A DNA stretch of 59,158 nt from a virus. Lineage: Duplodnaviria > Heunggongvirae > Uroviricota > Caudoviricetes. A program made the translations under genes and the position numbers. The notes beneath the pieces are model-generated. The model was given only the letters and a program-made list of their open reading frames with translations. It did no database searches and was not told the origin of the DNA. The stretch spans positions 1-59,158 of the IMG/VR virus record IMGVR_UViG_3300014024_000069; one strand, given 5' to 3'. Positions 10,612 through 21,329 of the stretch are shown here, in pieces. Positions within the stretch are counted from its first letter, which is position 1. Every line of letters starts with the position of its first letter.

Positions 10612-10663
10612 AAGAAACCCCATGAGCCTCTGTGGGCGCGTGGGGTGAGATGAGAAGAAGGTG

Positions 10664-10936
10664 CTAGGAAATATTTTCTAGTGTCTTCTCAAACCCGTTT
10701 ATGAGAATGCTCTCCAGCGTATTCGCCAAATCTTCATAGTTGTGATTAACGAAGAATGAGTCAACAATGTCTTCAGAAGAATTGATGAAAACCAATTCAG
10801 ATTCATTGACGTTGCGCTTTGCCAAAAGAAGCTTTCCGGAGAAATTCTTATGGGTGTAGAAAGCTTGGGTGAGGCTAACCTTATGGGCTTCCCATTCGTT
10901 GATGTTCTTGGGCTTGTAGAAGGAGATGGTACTCAT
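10664..10936 (-). CDS. Small hypothetical protein (cassette gene)
   Basis: SD AGAGAGGA behind promoter module 4. Confidence 0.75.
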   Translation of the reverse strand: MSTISFYKPKNINEWEAHKVSLTQAFYTHKNFSGKLLLAKRNVNESELVFINSSEDIVDSFFVNHNYEDLANTLESILINGFEKTLENIS

Positions 10937-11042
10937 TTGATGAATCCTCTCTGGACTAGCGATTTCCTTGTGTTGCTGACATGATTTATATTAAGTTGCA
11001 TAATCCCAATAGTCAAGTAGCCGCATCTTTAATCTACCCCCG
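10937..11042 (-). promoter_or_regulatory. Repeated promoter/leader module, copy 4
   Basis: Minus strand: CGGGGGT-N19-TTGACT-N17-TAATAT-AAATCATGTCAGCAACAC. Confidence 0.9.
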
Positions 11043-11186
11043 CGACACTATAATGACAGCTCATCAAACCAAAAACACCCCCATTCCTTGTTGATTGATG
11101 GAATGGGGGTGGTCGCTAGCCCAAGCTAAGTGATACCAGCATCTTCCCGATTGGTGGGGAAGCAACCAAAACGATGAATCGCACAC

Positions 11187-13223
11187 CTACGGGCATGGAT
11201 AGTATTCATCGTCAGACGGAAGCCCCATAGAAAGCCTCTCTAGCTTTTCCCACCGCTGAATCACGTCACTAAGGGTGATAACTTTCGTCTCTCCGTTGCC
11301 AACGTTGTGGGTGCCGTAGGTTTCCGTGAACTCGTCAATCATGCGAACAAGTTTGCCTTCATCAACCAGGGGTAGTGCACTGTTGGGTAGGTTGAGCTTT
11401 TCGATAAGCTTTGCGGTAAGAAATCTTGCCGCGAGGGTTGTTTTGCTATCGCTTTCGTTTGCGTCACTGTTCTCGCCGTCATGTAACTCATCATCGCGGC
11501 TGATCTGGACGCTATAGATCCCGCTTCTGATGAGACGGTATACCTTTGACTCATTCCTGCCGGACAGGATTGATTGCCAAAACAGCTGTTCGTTGGTTGG
11601 CGCGTCTTTTGAGGATGAAACCCAGTGGATAAAATCAATGGTCTCATCGTTAAGCCCGGCGTGGCATGTGCCTTTTCTCATGCTGCCCATGATCACTTCC
11701 CAGGAACTGGTATTTCTTGGATTTTTTGCGTTCTCTCTCAAGTTTTCATGCAAAGCTGGAAGAAAAGGCACGTTGTAGGGAATGTTTGGATCTGCCATTG
11801 ATGCCTTAATGTTTTCATTAAGGTAATCTGCCACGCATTCCTTATTGTCAATGTAATTCATGGGGTCCATAATGTTTAGATCCTTTGCAAGGAAAACATC
11901 ATGCGGCACATGTCGCTCAGAACTCATCTGAGCTGCCTCATTGATGGCAGCAGGGAACTCATCTAGCAGCATTTGAACTGTTCTGCGTAAATGGTATGTT
12001 GACGATGCGTCAATCTTAGTTTCAACTACGCTGATGAGCTGTTCGTCTTTTTTCTCACCAACAGATGCCTTAAGCAGTAACTCGTCATGCCCGCTCAGCT
12101 TTTCAACTTCAATGAGGATTACATGCGCGTATTTTTCCGTGACGGCATGTAATGTAAATCCACTCCTCTCGCCAAAGACGTTAATGGTGCTGTATTCACT
12201 CTTGTTCTCTTCTGCGATGGTATCCAAAAGTGGAAGCAAGCATTCTTTCCCCACTGTGCCGCCATTGGTGCGGCGCTTTTTAGCGGAGTAGTTCGCAAAA
12301 TCAGTGTCATTGACATTGAGTGGCAACATTCTCATATCCACCAATTTCTCAAGAACTTTTGTTTCTAGCGAATCTAGCGACAAGATGTTTTTAACAGCGA
12401 GTCCACCCAGCTTTACGTTGGGTAAACTGATGTCAATTCCCTCAATCAAATTCTCCACCAATTTGCGAATAGCGCCTAGCGTGGGTTTACCACTAAGGTA
12501 ATTCAGCTTCTTGTTTTGCAGAACGTATATCCCATCAAGTTGATGAGGTTCTTTGATGGTGAAGGGTACCCTTCTTAACCCAATGTAGCTTTCACTGTAT
12601 GATCCTAGTGGTTTCTTTCTACTTAAGATTCGGTAGTCCCATACGGATTCACGTTCTCTTGTTCGGAAACGATCATGAAGCTCCTTGGGGAGTTCATCGA
12701 CGACGGCATCAAGCATTCGGTGAAATGTAATGTCGTCATTTGCATACAGATCGTGGGCGTTCATACCCCATGTTAGCTCTTGATGAAAAAGCTTTTTGGT
12801 GAACTCAATGTCACTCGGATCCAGTGAGAAGATTGTCCCCTGTAGCGCATAATAAACACTATCAAGAAAGCGTCTAGCTGAAAGCCATTTAGCTGAAGTC
12901 CATTTTGATTTCACCCGTGCCGTGATCGGTGAGCTTGGACGTGCAAACTTACCTTCTTGATACTCTTCCTCTCCAGTAATGGTGAATAGGATCGTGTTGT
13001 CGTCGTCCTTGATGTCTTCAATTTGCACATTCACATAGCAGTCTCTTTGCTTTTTCCATTCAGCAGATGCTTCGCTATTGAATCTTAATACGATTTCATC
13101 CCGACTGTTTTCACTAGATGATGTATCGGACTGGATGGTATCGCTAGGTAGCTGGTTCTCGCGTACCCATAAGGATACCTGCGCCCTTAAATCATTGTTG
13201 GGTATGGGTGTACTATTCACCAA
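11187..13223 (-). CDS. Large hypothetical protein, probably related to the expanded alpha/beta family
   Basis: 678-aa ORF, SD AAGGAG, KPTLGAIRKLVENL helix motif; downstream hairpin 11066-11110. Confidence 0.85.
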   Translation of the reverse strand: MVNSTPIPNNDLRAQVSLWVRENQLPSDTIQSDTSSSENSRDEIVLRFNSEASAEWKKQRDCYVNVQIEDIKDDDNTILFTITGEEEYQEGKFARPSSPITARVKSKWTSAKWLSARRFLDSVYYALQGTIFSLDPSDIEFTKKLFHQELTWGMNAHDLYANDDITFHRMLDAVVDELPKELHDRFRTRERESVWDYRILSRKKPLGSYSESYIGLRRVPFTIKEPHQLDGIYVLQNKKLNYLSGKPTLGAIRKLVENLIEGIDISLPNVKLGGLAVKNILSLDSLETKVLEKLVDMRMLPLNVNDTDFANYSAKKRRTNGGTVGKECLLPLLDTIAEENKSEYSTINVFGERSGFTLHAVTEKYAHVILIEVEKLSGHDELLLKASVGEKKDEQLISVVETKIDASSTYHLRRTVQMLLDEFPAAINEAAQMSSERHVPHDVFLAKDLNIMDPMNYIDNKECVADYLNENIKASMADPNIPYNVPFLPALHENLRENAKNPRNTSSWEVIMGSMRKGTCHAGLNDETIDFIHWVSSSKDAPTNEQLFWQSILSGRNESKVYRLIRSGIYSVQISRDDELHDGENSDANESDSKTTLAARFLTAKLIEKLNLPNSALPLVDEGKLVRMIDEFTETYGTHNVGNGETKVITLSDVIQRWEKLERLSMGLPSDDEYYPCP

Positions 13224-13390
13224 AATTTCTCCTTGTTTTGGGTATATGCAAACATGGGCAACTAAAAGAGTACCCGTCCCTAAGCAACAAGATCAAGCAA
13301 ACCACTTACACCATAACTAGTAATCAGAGCTGGGGGCGCGGCGCACGTCTTCCCGATTAACAGAGAGAGTGTCAGTACGATGACTTCTTC

Positions 13391-13711
13391 CTATGAGTAT
13401 TCTTTGTCGGATGGATGCTGCGTGGCAACTTCCTCTAGTCTTTTCCATTGTTGGATCACGTCGTCGAGGGTGATGGTTTTCGTCTCCCTGTCACCAGCGT
13501 TGTGGGTGCCGTAGGTTTCCGTGATCTCATCAATCATGTTGACAATCTTGCCTTCACCAGCTAGGGGTAGAAAACTATTGTGCAGGTTGAGTTTGGGCGG
13601 GTTGAATTTTTCAATGAGATTTGCAGTAACGAGCATCATTCGGTCATCGCCTACGTTTACGTCGTTGTTCTCGTTCTCTGGACTGTTGCTGGTAGTACTG
13701 CTTTCCGACAT
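13391..13711 (-). CDS. Stand-alone duplicate of the C-terminal domain of 11187..13223
   Basis: EGKIVNMIDEITETYGTHNAGDRETKTITLDDVIQQW vs EGKLVRMIDEFTETYGTHNVGNGETKVITLSDVIQRW. Confidence 0.85.
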   Translation of the reverse strand: MSESSTTSNSPENENNDVNVGDDRMMLVTANLIEKFNPPKLNLHNSFLPLAGEGKIVNMIDEITETYGTHNAGDRETKTITLDDVIQQWKRLEEVATQHPSDKEYS

Positions 13712-13927
13712 AACTACCCCTTTCTTGGGTATGTGCTTGTATGGTTTACCAACAGAATACACGCCTCTAAGCAAAAATTGCAGGCATCAAATACCTATTC
13801 GTTTAGGATGGCGATGGAATGCGTAACGGCGGAAAAGGGCATGGGTACGAAACACTGCGCACACGTCAAAGCGAAGGATAGAAGCTGGGTGATTGATACC
13901 GCTGACATATACTGCGAATCTCTACTC

Positions 13928-14362
13928 CTAGCTGTCACCCTTTGGGTTAACTCGTGATTCAAGTTCCGCAATTTCCTCACTCAGACCGCTGTGCCTGAAC
14001 CACAGCACCGACGTGAGTAATCCCAGCGACATCATGAACAGCACGGAGAAAGCGAAAGCCTCAGTGCCGTTTTTCATCAGTGTTGCCAGCACAAGGGCAA
14101 GCGGGCCTATCAACACGGCAATGACGGACAGTCCGATGGTGAAGCGTTTCCGCTTAGCCCTCAGCGTGTTAATCACCGTTTGTGCGTCTTCCTGTACGTC
14201 CACTTGGCGGGCAGCGTTCCCAACAACAGTGACGGTACCGTTAGGGGTGCTATGGGCCGTGGGTACGTCGTGGGTGTTGTCGTAGTGCGCCTGAGAGGTG
14301 GTGTCAATGCCTTGTTGTGTTGGCTCACTGTTTATGGGTGCGTGGCGTGGTTTCGTGTTCAT
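13928..14362 (-). CDS. 2-TM membrane protein
   Basis: Low-complexity N-terminus, two hydrophobic helices, C-terminal EEIAELE helix; SD GGGAGG. Confidence 0.8.
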   Translation of the reverse strand: MNTKPRHAPINSEPTQQGIDTTSQAHYDNTHDVPTAHSTPNGTVTVVGNAARQVDVQEDAQTVINTLRAKRKRFTIGLSVIAVLIGPLALVLATLMKNGTEAFAFSVLFMMSLGLLTSVLWFRHSGLSEEIAELESRVNPKGDS

Positions 14363-14499
14363 CCTCCCATTGTTTCATAGTGTGGTTTTCACATGGTTTC
14401 GCTCCTGCGGAGAACTACTGGGGCCGCGACTTGACGGGGGTGAGTTGTTGGATGCGACAAAAGGCGGGCAGGAGTACACGCTGATACAACCTGATTATT

Positions 14500-15003
14500 T
14501 TAACCTCTATCCCTGCTGGTTTCTTTTGCTTTCTGCGCGTAGCCCACTGTTTCCCTTAAGCCCACTAGGTAATCTCGGGTGATGACATCAGCTTTAAGCT
14601 TGAATATATCTGACATTTCTTTACGTATTTCAGTGAGGTTGTCAGAGATTCTTGTGTACATGAATTGCTCAAACATAATTAGTAGCATCAACACGATCAT
14701 AATCACCGCTGCCGCAATATCATTGACAACTTCTTCTTGCGTAACAAGCGCTAATACTGCAAACGCAACGGGGGTTAAGTAAATGGAATACTCATTGATG
14801 TTAAACCACATGCGTTTCCGTTTGTTTTCCTTTGCTTCTTTTCGTTCAAGCTCTTCTAGAAGGGAGTCCAACTGCTCTATATCTACGCCTTGCAGGTTCC
14901 TGTATTCGTTGATTATGTCATCAATGTGTTCCATCAATTTCGTTAAATTCCCTTCATGTTTGCTTGCCTCATGAGCAGGGTTCATCCCGTCACTCTGCGG
15001 CAA
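14500..15003 (-). CDS. 2-TM membrane protein with coiled coils
   Basis: Coiled coil, two hydrophobic helices, coiled coil. Confidence 0.8.
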   Translation of the reverse strand: MPQSDGMNPAHEASKHEGNLTKLMEHIDDIINEYRNLQGVDIEQLDSLLEELERKEAKENKRKRMWFNINEYSIYLTPVAFAVLALVTQEEVVNDIAAAVIMIVLMLLIMFEQFMYTRISDNLTEIRKEMSDIFKLKADVITRDYLVGLRETVGYAQKAKETSRDRG

Positions 15004-15311
15004 ATCTTTCTTAACCAGTTGCTTACGACACCCATCTTAAGCGGTGGGTGGGTGAAATTGCACATGCCCGCCGCAAATAGACCAAACACAGGCACTCCGC
15101 AGCCGTAGTTTCTAGTCCCCTTAGTGCTACTTTACGCCCAGCGAACGCGACTAGGCCCGCCGCGCACACCTCAAAAATGGTACCAGTACATGCCACAGTC
15201 TTGCCGACGCTCACCTGCCTCACCTCATTTTCCTGTATTAGGCTGGGACTTCCTAGTAACATGGAACCAGGATAAGCGCCACGCACAAACACAACAGGAA
15301 GGTATAACCAT

Positions 15312-15593
15312 ATGTCCAATCTCAATGAAACACATGAACACAAGGTGCCCCAGCGCGCCTGCGGGGGTTGCTGCTGTAGTGACTGTGGGCAACATGTCTT
15401 GCCTGGTGATGATTCGGTAGGAGTTGCCGGGGCGGGTGTTCCTGCGTTGTCGGAGGTTGTGTTGCGTTGTAGGCGAGGTGATGTTGCTGCTGGCGTTCGG
15501 CATCTTGATCCTATTGTGCGGGCGGGGAGAGAGGCTGAGGAGCGAATAGAGCAGATGGGGTATGGCGTGAACATTTTCCCACCTTTCGCCTAG
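15312..15593 (+). CDS. Cys-rich hypothetical protein
   Basis: SD AGGAAGG; CGGCCCSDC motif. Confidence 0.45.
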   Translation: MSNLNETHEHKVPQRACGGCCCSDCGQHVLPGDDSVGVAGAGVPALSEVVLRCRRGDVAAGVRHLDPIVRAGREAEERIEQMGYGVNIFPPFA

Positions 15594-15833
15594 TGGGTTT
15601 TGTTAGATGGGCGCTGTTCTGGGAGTGAGATATTGGGGGACGCATGGAATCAGGGAGTAGATATTGTTGCCAGGTTGCTGGTGTGGTGCAGCAAGACAAG
15701 GCCCCTGTACCGCGTTGCGCCTGAAATTCCCCGTTTCTTTCCCGCATCTCCTGTTGTGCCTCTTCACTTCTTCTCCTGGGTCTGGTGTGCTGACATCAGA
15801 GGGTCTGCGCCGCCAGCACTAAAAGCACTTCTT

Positions 15834-16211
15834 CTAGTCCCTCCTTTGTGCTTTCGACTGGTCAGGTAGTTTGGTGTCTAGCTCCTTGATTTCGTTGAGG
15901 AGTGCCCTCTGGCGCTGCTGCATGGCAACCAGCGCCCACCCTGCACAGAAAGCCATAATGGGTGCCGTCGCCCTGAACTGCTCGTGTACCACAACAAGCC
16001 AAATCAAGAACACAATCACCACAGGAAACACTGAAAGAAGCAACTTTTGGGCTTGCCCCCAGAACCAGTAAGCGCGCCACAAACGATCACTCTCCATGAC
16101 AAGACGACCTGCCGACTCCGCACTAATCGGATACGGAGACGACATCATAATCCCCGGCGCGGACGTGGCATTTCGTCGTGGTTGTCTGTGCTTCTGGTGG
16201 GTGGTACGCAT
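15834..16211 (-). CDS. 2-TM membrane protein
   Basis: SD AGAAAGGA before ATG 16211; two TM helices then ALLNEIKELD. Confidence 0.75.
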   Translation of the reverse strand: MRTTHQKHRQPRRNATSAPGIMMSSPYPISAESAGRLVMESDRLWRAYWFWGQAQKLLLSVFPVVIVFLIWLVVVHEQFRATAPIMAFCAGWALVAMQQRQRALLNEIKELDTKLPDQSKAQRRD

Positions 16212-17107
16212 AGTGGTTTCCTTTCTGACGGGCATTCCGCTTTTTCTGCGCCAGGGCGTGTACGTCCTACCCTTGTGCGCCGCTGTCCTGCCTCCTATGG
16301 TAGCTGCTGCAGTGCACATGAGGGCACGCCGGGGGTGAATGATGATGAGGCGCGGGTACTCTCTTTTGCTGTAGGTGACGCGCATTTGGATATTCAGAGA
16401 CGCATGGCAGGGCGAGGGGAACAGCATGAATGTTGACGTACACCCAGCACAGACCCCGCTGACATCGCCGCCAACTAACGACAGGGCGGTTGTGAACAAG
16501 AAGGTCCAGCATTGGCATTAGACCCCACACATAGGTCAATCTGTTTCACCAGCGTACTGAACAACTATGAGCGGTGCCGAGGATGGGGTTTTACGGCAAG
16601 CGGCACCTGGCGGATAACAATTGGGGATTTGGACTAGGCTACTTTTGGTGCCGCACATTCGGGGACTTCCTGGATCTGCGGAGCGCTGGAAATAGTAAGG
16701 ACTCACACCCTCGCCGCGCCATACCCCTGACAAAATCACAATTCACCGTTGATAGCCGAGTGGACGCTTCCCTCACCTTGCGTCCAACACGAATGTAAAC
16801 GGGCGCGCGCCGGGGCACGCCTAGCCTCACCCAACAGCACCCCCGTAGAACAGAAGGGATGGTGACACACAACACCGTCCAACTAGCCTCTAACCTCTCG
16901 CTGCCAAACATTTCCTAGTCCCCTGCACCTTAATGGAGTTTCACGCAGACCTACCATGTGGACACACCCAAATAGCCCAACATAGCGATACTGACAGGCA
17001 AGGTGGCACCACGGCTCCCCGCATAGGGCACCATCGTTAAGACAAAGGAAAAGGCGGAGTGTCGATAACCGAACAACTCCGTCAAAAAGCGCCCTTAGAA
17101 GTGCCCG

Positions 17108-17674
17108 CTATGACACCTCCCCTATTGTCTGCGTAAACAGGGCGCTATCCTCACCAGACAACCCAGCGTTTGCCGCATACGCCTCGGCACTCAAAGCGCT
17201 CTCACGCTTCAACTCCCTGCGCGCTGACGACCATACACAATAGAGCACGCCAAACCCTGCCACCCACGCCATATATGACCAGCACAACACATAATCCCAC
17301 ACGCCGCCCACTCCCGCAACCGATAACCCCCACATCCGCCACCCTAGTACGGCACCCAGGGTGAGGTAAGCCAACATAGCCCTGTTGTAGATGCGCAAAT
17401 CCCTCTTCTTTGTCCAAGCCGTGCCCTTGTCAATGGGATTCACGGGTGGGTCTTCTTCAAGATTCCCGCCCAGTGGTGATGCGTGCATATACTCCCCCGG
17501 CGCGCCCTTGGTGTGCGTGGAAGTGTTACCTCCCGGAATATCGCCCGCGCCGCGCGGCGTGGGTTGGGGTGCGCTAGTGCTGGTGGCATCGTCATTGTGC
17601 GGGCTGCCGCCAGCAGCAGGGGTGGATACCCAATCGGAGTGCCCCTCTGGATGTTCCATTCGTTGCTTATTCAT
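17108..17674 (-). CDS. 2-TM membrane protein
   Basis: SD GAAGGAAGGA; disordered N-terminus, two TM helices. Confidence 0.8.
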   Translation of the reverse strand: MNKQRMEHPEGHSDWVSTPAAGGSPHNDDATSTSAPQPTPRGAGDIPGGNTSTHTKGAPGEYMHASPLGGNLEEDPPVNPIDKGTAWTKKRDLRIYNRAMLAYLTLGAVLGWRMWGLSVAGVGGVWDYVLCWSYMAWVAGFGVLYCVWSSARRELKRESALSAEAYAANAGLSGEDSALFTQTIGEVS

Positions 17675-17795
17675 ATTGTTCCTTCCTTCGTTGTATTGTT
17701 GGTGTTGCGCGAACCGCGCCAGGGTGGCTCACGCGCAATGCAAGAGGGCGCGGGATGTAGGGGAATCCCCATAAGTTGCGCCTTCTTGTTTTTAT

Positions 17796-18134
17796 TTATT
17801 CCGCGTTCCCTTCTTCATATAGTTCATATAGCTCTTTTAGGTCTTCTGACTGTTTGACCAGCCAGTTTTTCCATCCCTCCCCGAATAGTTTGTCAAGCAT
17901 CTCCCAATCCTTGGGATTGTTGCTCACAGCCCATTCCACTAAATCTTCTGCTGGGGAAAGATTTAGTTTTGATGCGAGTATAGCTTCCTTGGAAATAGGG
18001 TTGTATTCAACAAAAATATCAACACTCCTGTCTTCATCGTCAGGGTACAGGTAGACTACACTACCGAAAAATTAATACTCCGCTGGCGGATCAATCCAAT
18101 CCAGCTCGTCTAGATCATATCGCTGATCGCTCAT
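17796..18134 (-). pseudogene. Acidic hypothetical gene interrupted by an in-frame TAA (18072-18074); absent from the ORF track
   Basis: Manual translation MSDQRYDLDELDWIDPPAEY*FFGSVVYLYPDDEDRSVDIF...LYEEGNAE* reads protein-like across the stop. Confidence 0.6.
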
Positions 18135-18324
18135 TTCTCACTACTTCTTTCTGCAGTATTGGGATATGCAACCACACCACAATGAGGAAGATAATATATC
18201 AAGTGGGGGTACCAAAATCGCCCCCACTCCTTCATCTGGGCCTGTCATGAAAATCATGTCTAGGTTACCTTTGAGGCGGATCAGAAGCGCCCTGCTTCTC
18301 AATATCAAACCTCTGCCACACGTC

Positions 18325-19143
18325 TCACAAGGCAAGAATCGCTCCTGCTGGGTAGAGAATGCTCTTGCAGTCACCCTCGGCAGCGACAAGTCCCGCAAGG
18401 TGCTTTCCGTGCCTAGATCGCAGCTTGTTACATAGGAATGAGAATATTTTCATCTCAGCGAAAACACTTTCCCACGTACAGTCTATCTTACGTACCGTCT
18501 CGGTGCCGCTGGCAGAGAAGGGAAGGCGAGAAGAGCAGGTGATTGACTCGATCGCGGACTGCCCTTTGTCTTCCTTTTCGACGTACCGGAAGGAGATATG
18601 TGCGGAGTTTCGTGCACACTGTCGCACCTCTCGGCTTGCCCTGTCGTGGGATATGGAGTTCCATCCCAACCCCGTATACAACTCACCTATGCGAACCGCA
18701 TGCTCAATGTCTTCTGACGACAGTAGAACACGTCGGCAATTCTCCCCACCAAGAGTTGAATTTTGCTGAAAATAAGATCGAAGGCCGTCAAGATACGCAC
18801 TCTCGTTGAGGACAATGGGGAGTGATTCTTGCAGGTGGACCGCCCCGCGAACCATATACTTACATCTCGGACGGCAGCCCCTAACGTGCTTCACGACTAG
18901 AGCTGGCGAGTCCATTGGGGCACCTTTATAAAGGCGCACCTCAACACTAATCCACCCCTCATTCCTTGTCCCCGCCGGGAAGGGCTGGAAAGTGCACAAC
19001 ACCCAACCACCTTCACCAGCAGCGAACCCATATACCAGTCCCTGATCTGAACTTTCATCACCTTTGTGGACTATTTCACCCACACCAGAAAGATAAGTAC
19101 CCCTGACCGCTTTCAGTAATTCACCATTGCTGTAAGTAACCAT
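18325..19143 (-). CDS. Hypothetical protein, probably leaderless
   Basis: 272-aa ORF; CACAAT-N6-ATG. Confidence 0.7.
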   Translation of the reverse strand: MVTYSNGELLKAVRGTYLSGVGEIVHKGDESSDQGLVYGFAAGEGGWVLCTFQPFPAGTRNEGWISVEVRLYKGAPMDSPALVVKHVRGCRPRCKYMVRGAVHLQESLPIVLNESAYLDGLRSYFQQNSTLGGENCRRVLLSSEDIEHAVRIGELYTGLGWNSISHDRASREVRQCARNSAHISFRYVEKEDKGQSAIESITCSSRLPFSASGTETVRKIDCTWESVFAEMKIFSFLCNKLRSRHGKHLAGLVAAEGDCKSILYPAGAILAL

Positions 19144-19438
19144 GCGGATATTGTGTCATTGACACACCCCTATCGGCAAGATCCCCACACTGCGCGTGTC
19201 TTGCCTGAGTTGCAAATTATCCCGCGCCGGGGGAGAAACGGAGCCTGTGCCGCCACCGGTTTTCACTCCCGCCACTATTGCTGCGTCACGTGCTATCTGG
19301 ACACCCATGACCCGACCCCCTACGTTAGAACCCCTGATGCGCCTTGTGTCTGTATGCCCCGTCCCCCGCATACACAAAAGCCACTACCGCAGCACAAGAA
19401 GACGTATCTAGCCCCGCCCCCTCCCTCTATACGTGGTG

Positions 19439-20104
19439 TTACCGGCGGCGTGAACCAACACGGTCAAACCGTTCCTTGCTGAAAAGCCCATCAACATCAG
19501 GACTGAAAATATTACGGTCATCATGCCAAATCCTTTTCTGCTTGCCAGTCATACAGTCACAAGATTCAACCAGCTTGAACGTAAGGCAATGCGTAGATAC
19601 AAGCGTGGACACGGGCATGAGTAACAGCGCAAAAATCACCACATCAGCGCGAACATACACATCACTCGACGAGGTGAGCCACACATACCCATGATTATTG
19701 ATGGATACATAGGGTGCGATGTCAATAGCGCCAACGGTCAGGGGGAAATTCAGAAAGGCAATCACCGTGCGCGCCACATTGATGGACAGGCAACGAAAAT
19801 GCTTGTGGGTAATATCACTTTCCACATCGGTTTTGGTGGGATAAAGGAACCTCAACCCAGCCCACACCATGCACAAAACCGCGATGGACCAACCAATGGA
19901 TTCCAGCGTGGCGAGCTTATCGCTAAGCGCAAGAACCGCATAGAAACCAGGATGCCTTACTTCCCTGATGAAAAGGGGAACGAACACCGCGAACACAATC
20001 AGCAACATGACCGCGCCACGCCACCAGGCACTAGACATAGGGAACCCCTGTCGGAAACGCGCGCTCATTTGACGCGGCGAATGCTTGATCATGTTGCTTT
20101 TCAT
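19439..20104 (-). CDS. Multi-pass membrane protein
   Basis: SD AAAAGGA; about 4 hydrophobic segments. Confidence 0.75.
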   Translation of the reverse strand: MKSNMIKHSPRQMSARFRQGFPMSSAWWRGAVMLLIVFAVFVPLFIREVRHPGFYAVLALSDKLATLESIGWSIAVLCMVWAGLRFLYPTKTDVESDITHKHFRCLSINVARTVIAFLNFPLTVGAIDIAPYVSINNHGYVWLTSSSDVYVRADVVIFALLLMPVSTLVSTHCLTFKLVESCDCMTGKQKRIWHDDRNIFSPDVDGLFSKERFDRVGSRRR

Positions 20105-20253
20105 TTGGTTTTCCTTTTTGAAAATGTTTGATTGCGTTTGAATGGTTTGCTTACGTCGAAAGAATTGTTGTTTTGTGTCCGTTTTAGTGCCGCCAAGGCA
20201 AACGTTCAGGCATTACAGCGCGCTTACTTCCGCACGCCTTTACCCTTTACTGT

Positions 20254-20628
20254 TCATTTGCCCCTGCAGCCCTTTTCAAGGCGCTTTCTTCTGATCACCA
20301 GCTCAATGGCCCGCTCATTTACCTGATTGATCTCATCAAGTACCCCGCCGCTACTCACGATGCGATAAAAAAGATAGATTGACAGCCCCACAGACAGCAA
20401 CCCACCCCAGCCCATGACTGCAGATAGCAGGATGCTGCTATGGATGCCATTGCTGGCTGCCATGACCACCACCCCAACAACGAAAAGCAACCCAGCGGTA
20501 GTCAGTGTTATGACATTGGACTGGGAAAGATCGTCGGCGCGATTGAGAAGATGTCGAGCCTCGCGCCTCATCGCATCGGCATCGTTGGAGACATAGGAGG
20601 GCAGGTTTTTCTTCTTAAACATATACAT
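20254..20628 (-). CDS. 2-TM membrane protein
   Basis: Two TM helices flanked by charged helices. Confidence 0.75.
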   Translation of the reverse strand: MYMFKKKNLPSYVSNDADAMRREARHLLNRADDLSQSNVITLTTAGLLFVVGVVVMAASNGIHSSILLSAVMGWGGLLSVGLSIYLFYRIVSSGGVLDEINQVNERAIELVIRRKRLEKGCRGK

Positions 20629-20763
20629 ATTATCCCCACTAGGGAAGGGCGTATGCAAGTTCTCCAGCTCCGTCGCCCCACCTGCAAAAACGCCACAAGA
20701 CACCCCATTGTGGGGGTGAGTTATATTGATAAATGAGCATAAAGTAGGCTAGGTGTTATAAGC

Positions 20764-21072
20764 ATGAATGAGAATTTCAACATAACCAGCCGACATCTAG
20801 AAATGCTTATCACTCTTGATAAGGAGCGATCCTTTGTGGAGACCTCAAGGAAGCTTGGGGTGTCCGACAACTATGCTCATCAAATGGTAAAACACCTAGA
20901 AAAGAATCTGGGTGTGAAAATCACCCAGCCCGCACAACCAGGGCTGGGGCGAAACGTCAAATTCACCCGACAAGGTGAAGCAATTGTGCGCGATGCGTAT
21001 TTCGCACACAACCACATCGTTAAACTAATGAGCCACGGAGGTGAGGAGCTAAATGCTGATGATAAGCAATGA
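20764..21072 (+). CDS. LysR-type HTH-only protein (paralog 2)
   Basis: RHLEMLITLDKERSFVETSRKLGVSDNYAHQMVKHLEKNLGVKI...FTRQGE. Confidence 0.88.
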   Translation: MNENFNITSRHLEMLITLDKERSFVETSRKLGVSDNYAHQMVKHLEKNLGVKITQPAQPGLGRNVKFTRQGEAIVRDAYFAHNHIVKLMSHGGEELNADDKQ

Positions 21073-21223
21073 CAATTTCTCTCGCGGCATTGCCCAGGCG
21101 ATTGGCGATGCCATGCAAGAAATGTCTACCTCCGAACTGCGGCAACTAGCGGTTGGTCCGTACCTGGATATAAGGGCAACCATAGTCGCAGAGAAAAGTG
21201 TCCGTACTGAGGTTTCTGTATAA
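21053..21223 (+). CDS. 56-aa hypothetical protein (below the ORF-track cutoff)
   Basis: SD GAGGAG; MLMISNDNFSRGIAQAIGDAMQEMSTSELRQL... Confidence 0.55.
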   Translation: MLMISNDNFSRGIAQAIGDAMQEMSTSELRQLAVGPYLDIRATIVAEKSVRTEVSV

Positions 21224-21329
21224 GATAAACCCACGCAGCAGGGATGAGTTAACAGGCAAAATTCTCTGCTCAGAGGCGCGTGGGATAAGCCCACATTTAA
21301 TAATGTCTAATGTCCATTAGGAGGACGAA

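Noticed and set aside
17796..18134. Stop-codon reassignment (alternative genetic code)
   Set aside because: TAA, TAG and TGA all end intact genes, several followed by terminators; only isolated internal stops; no suppressor anticodon
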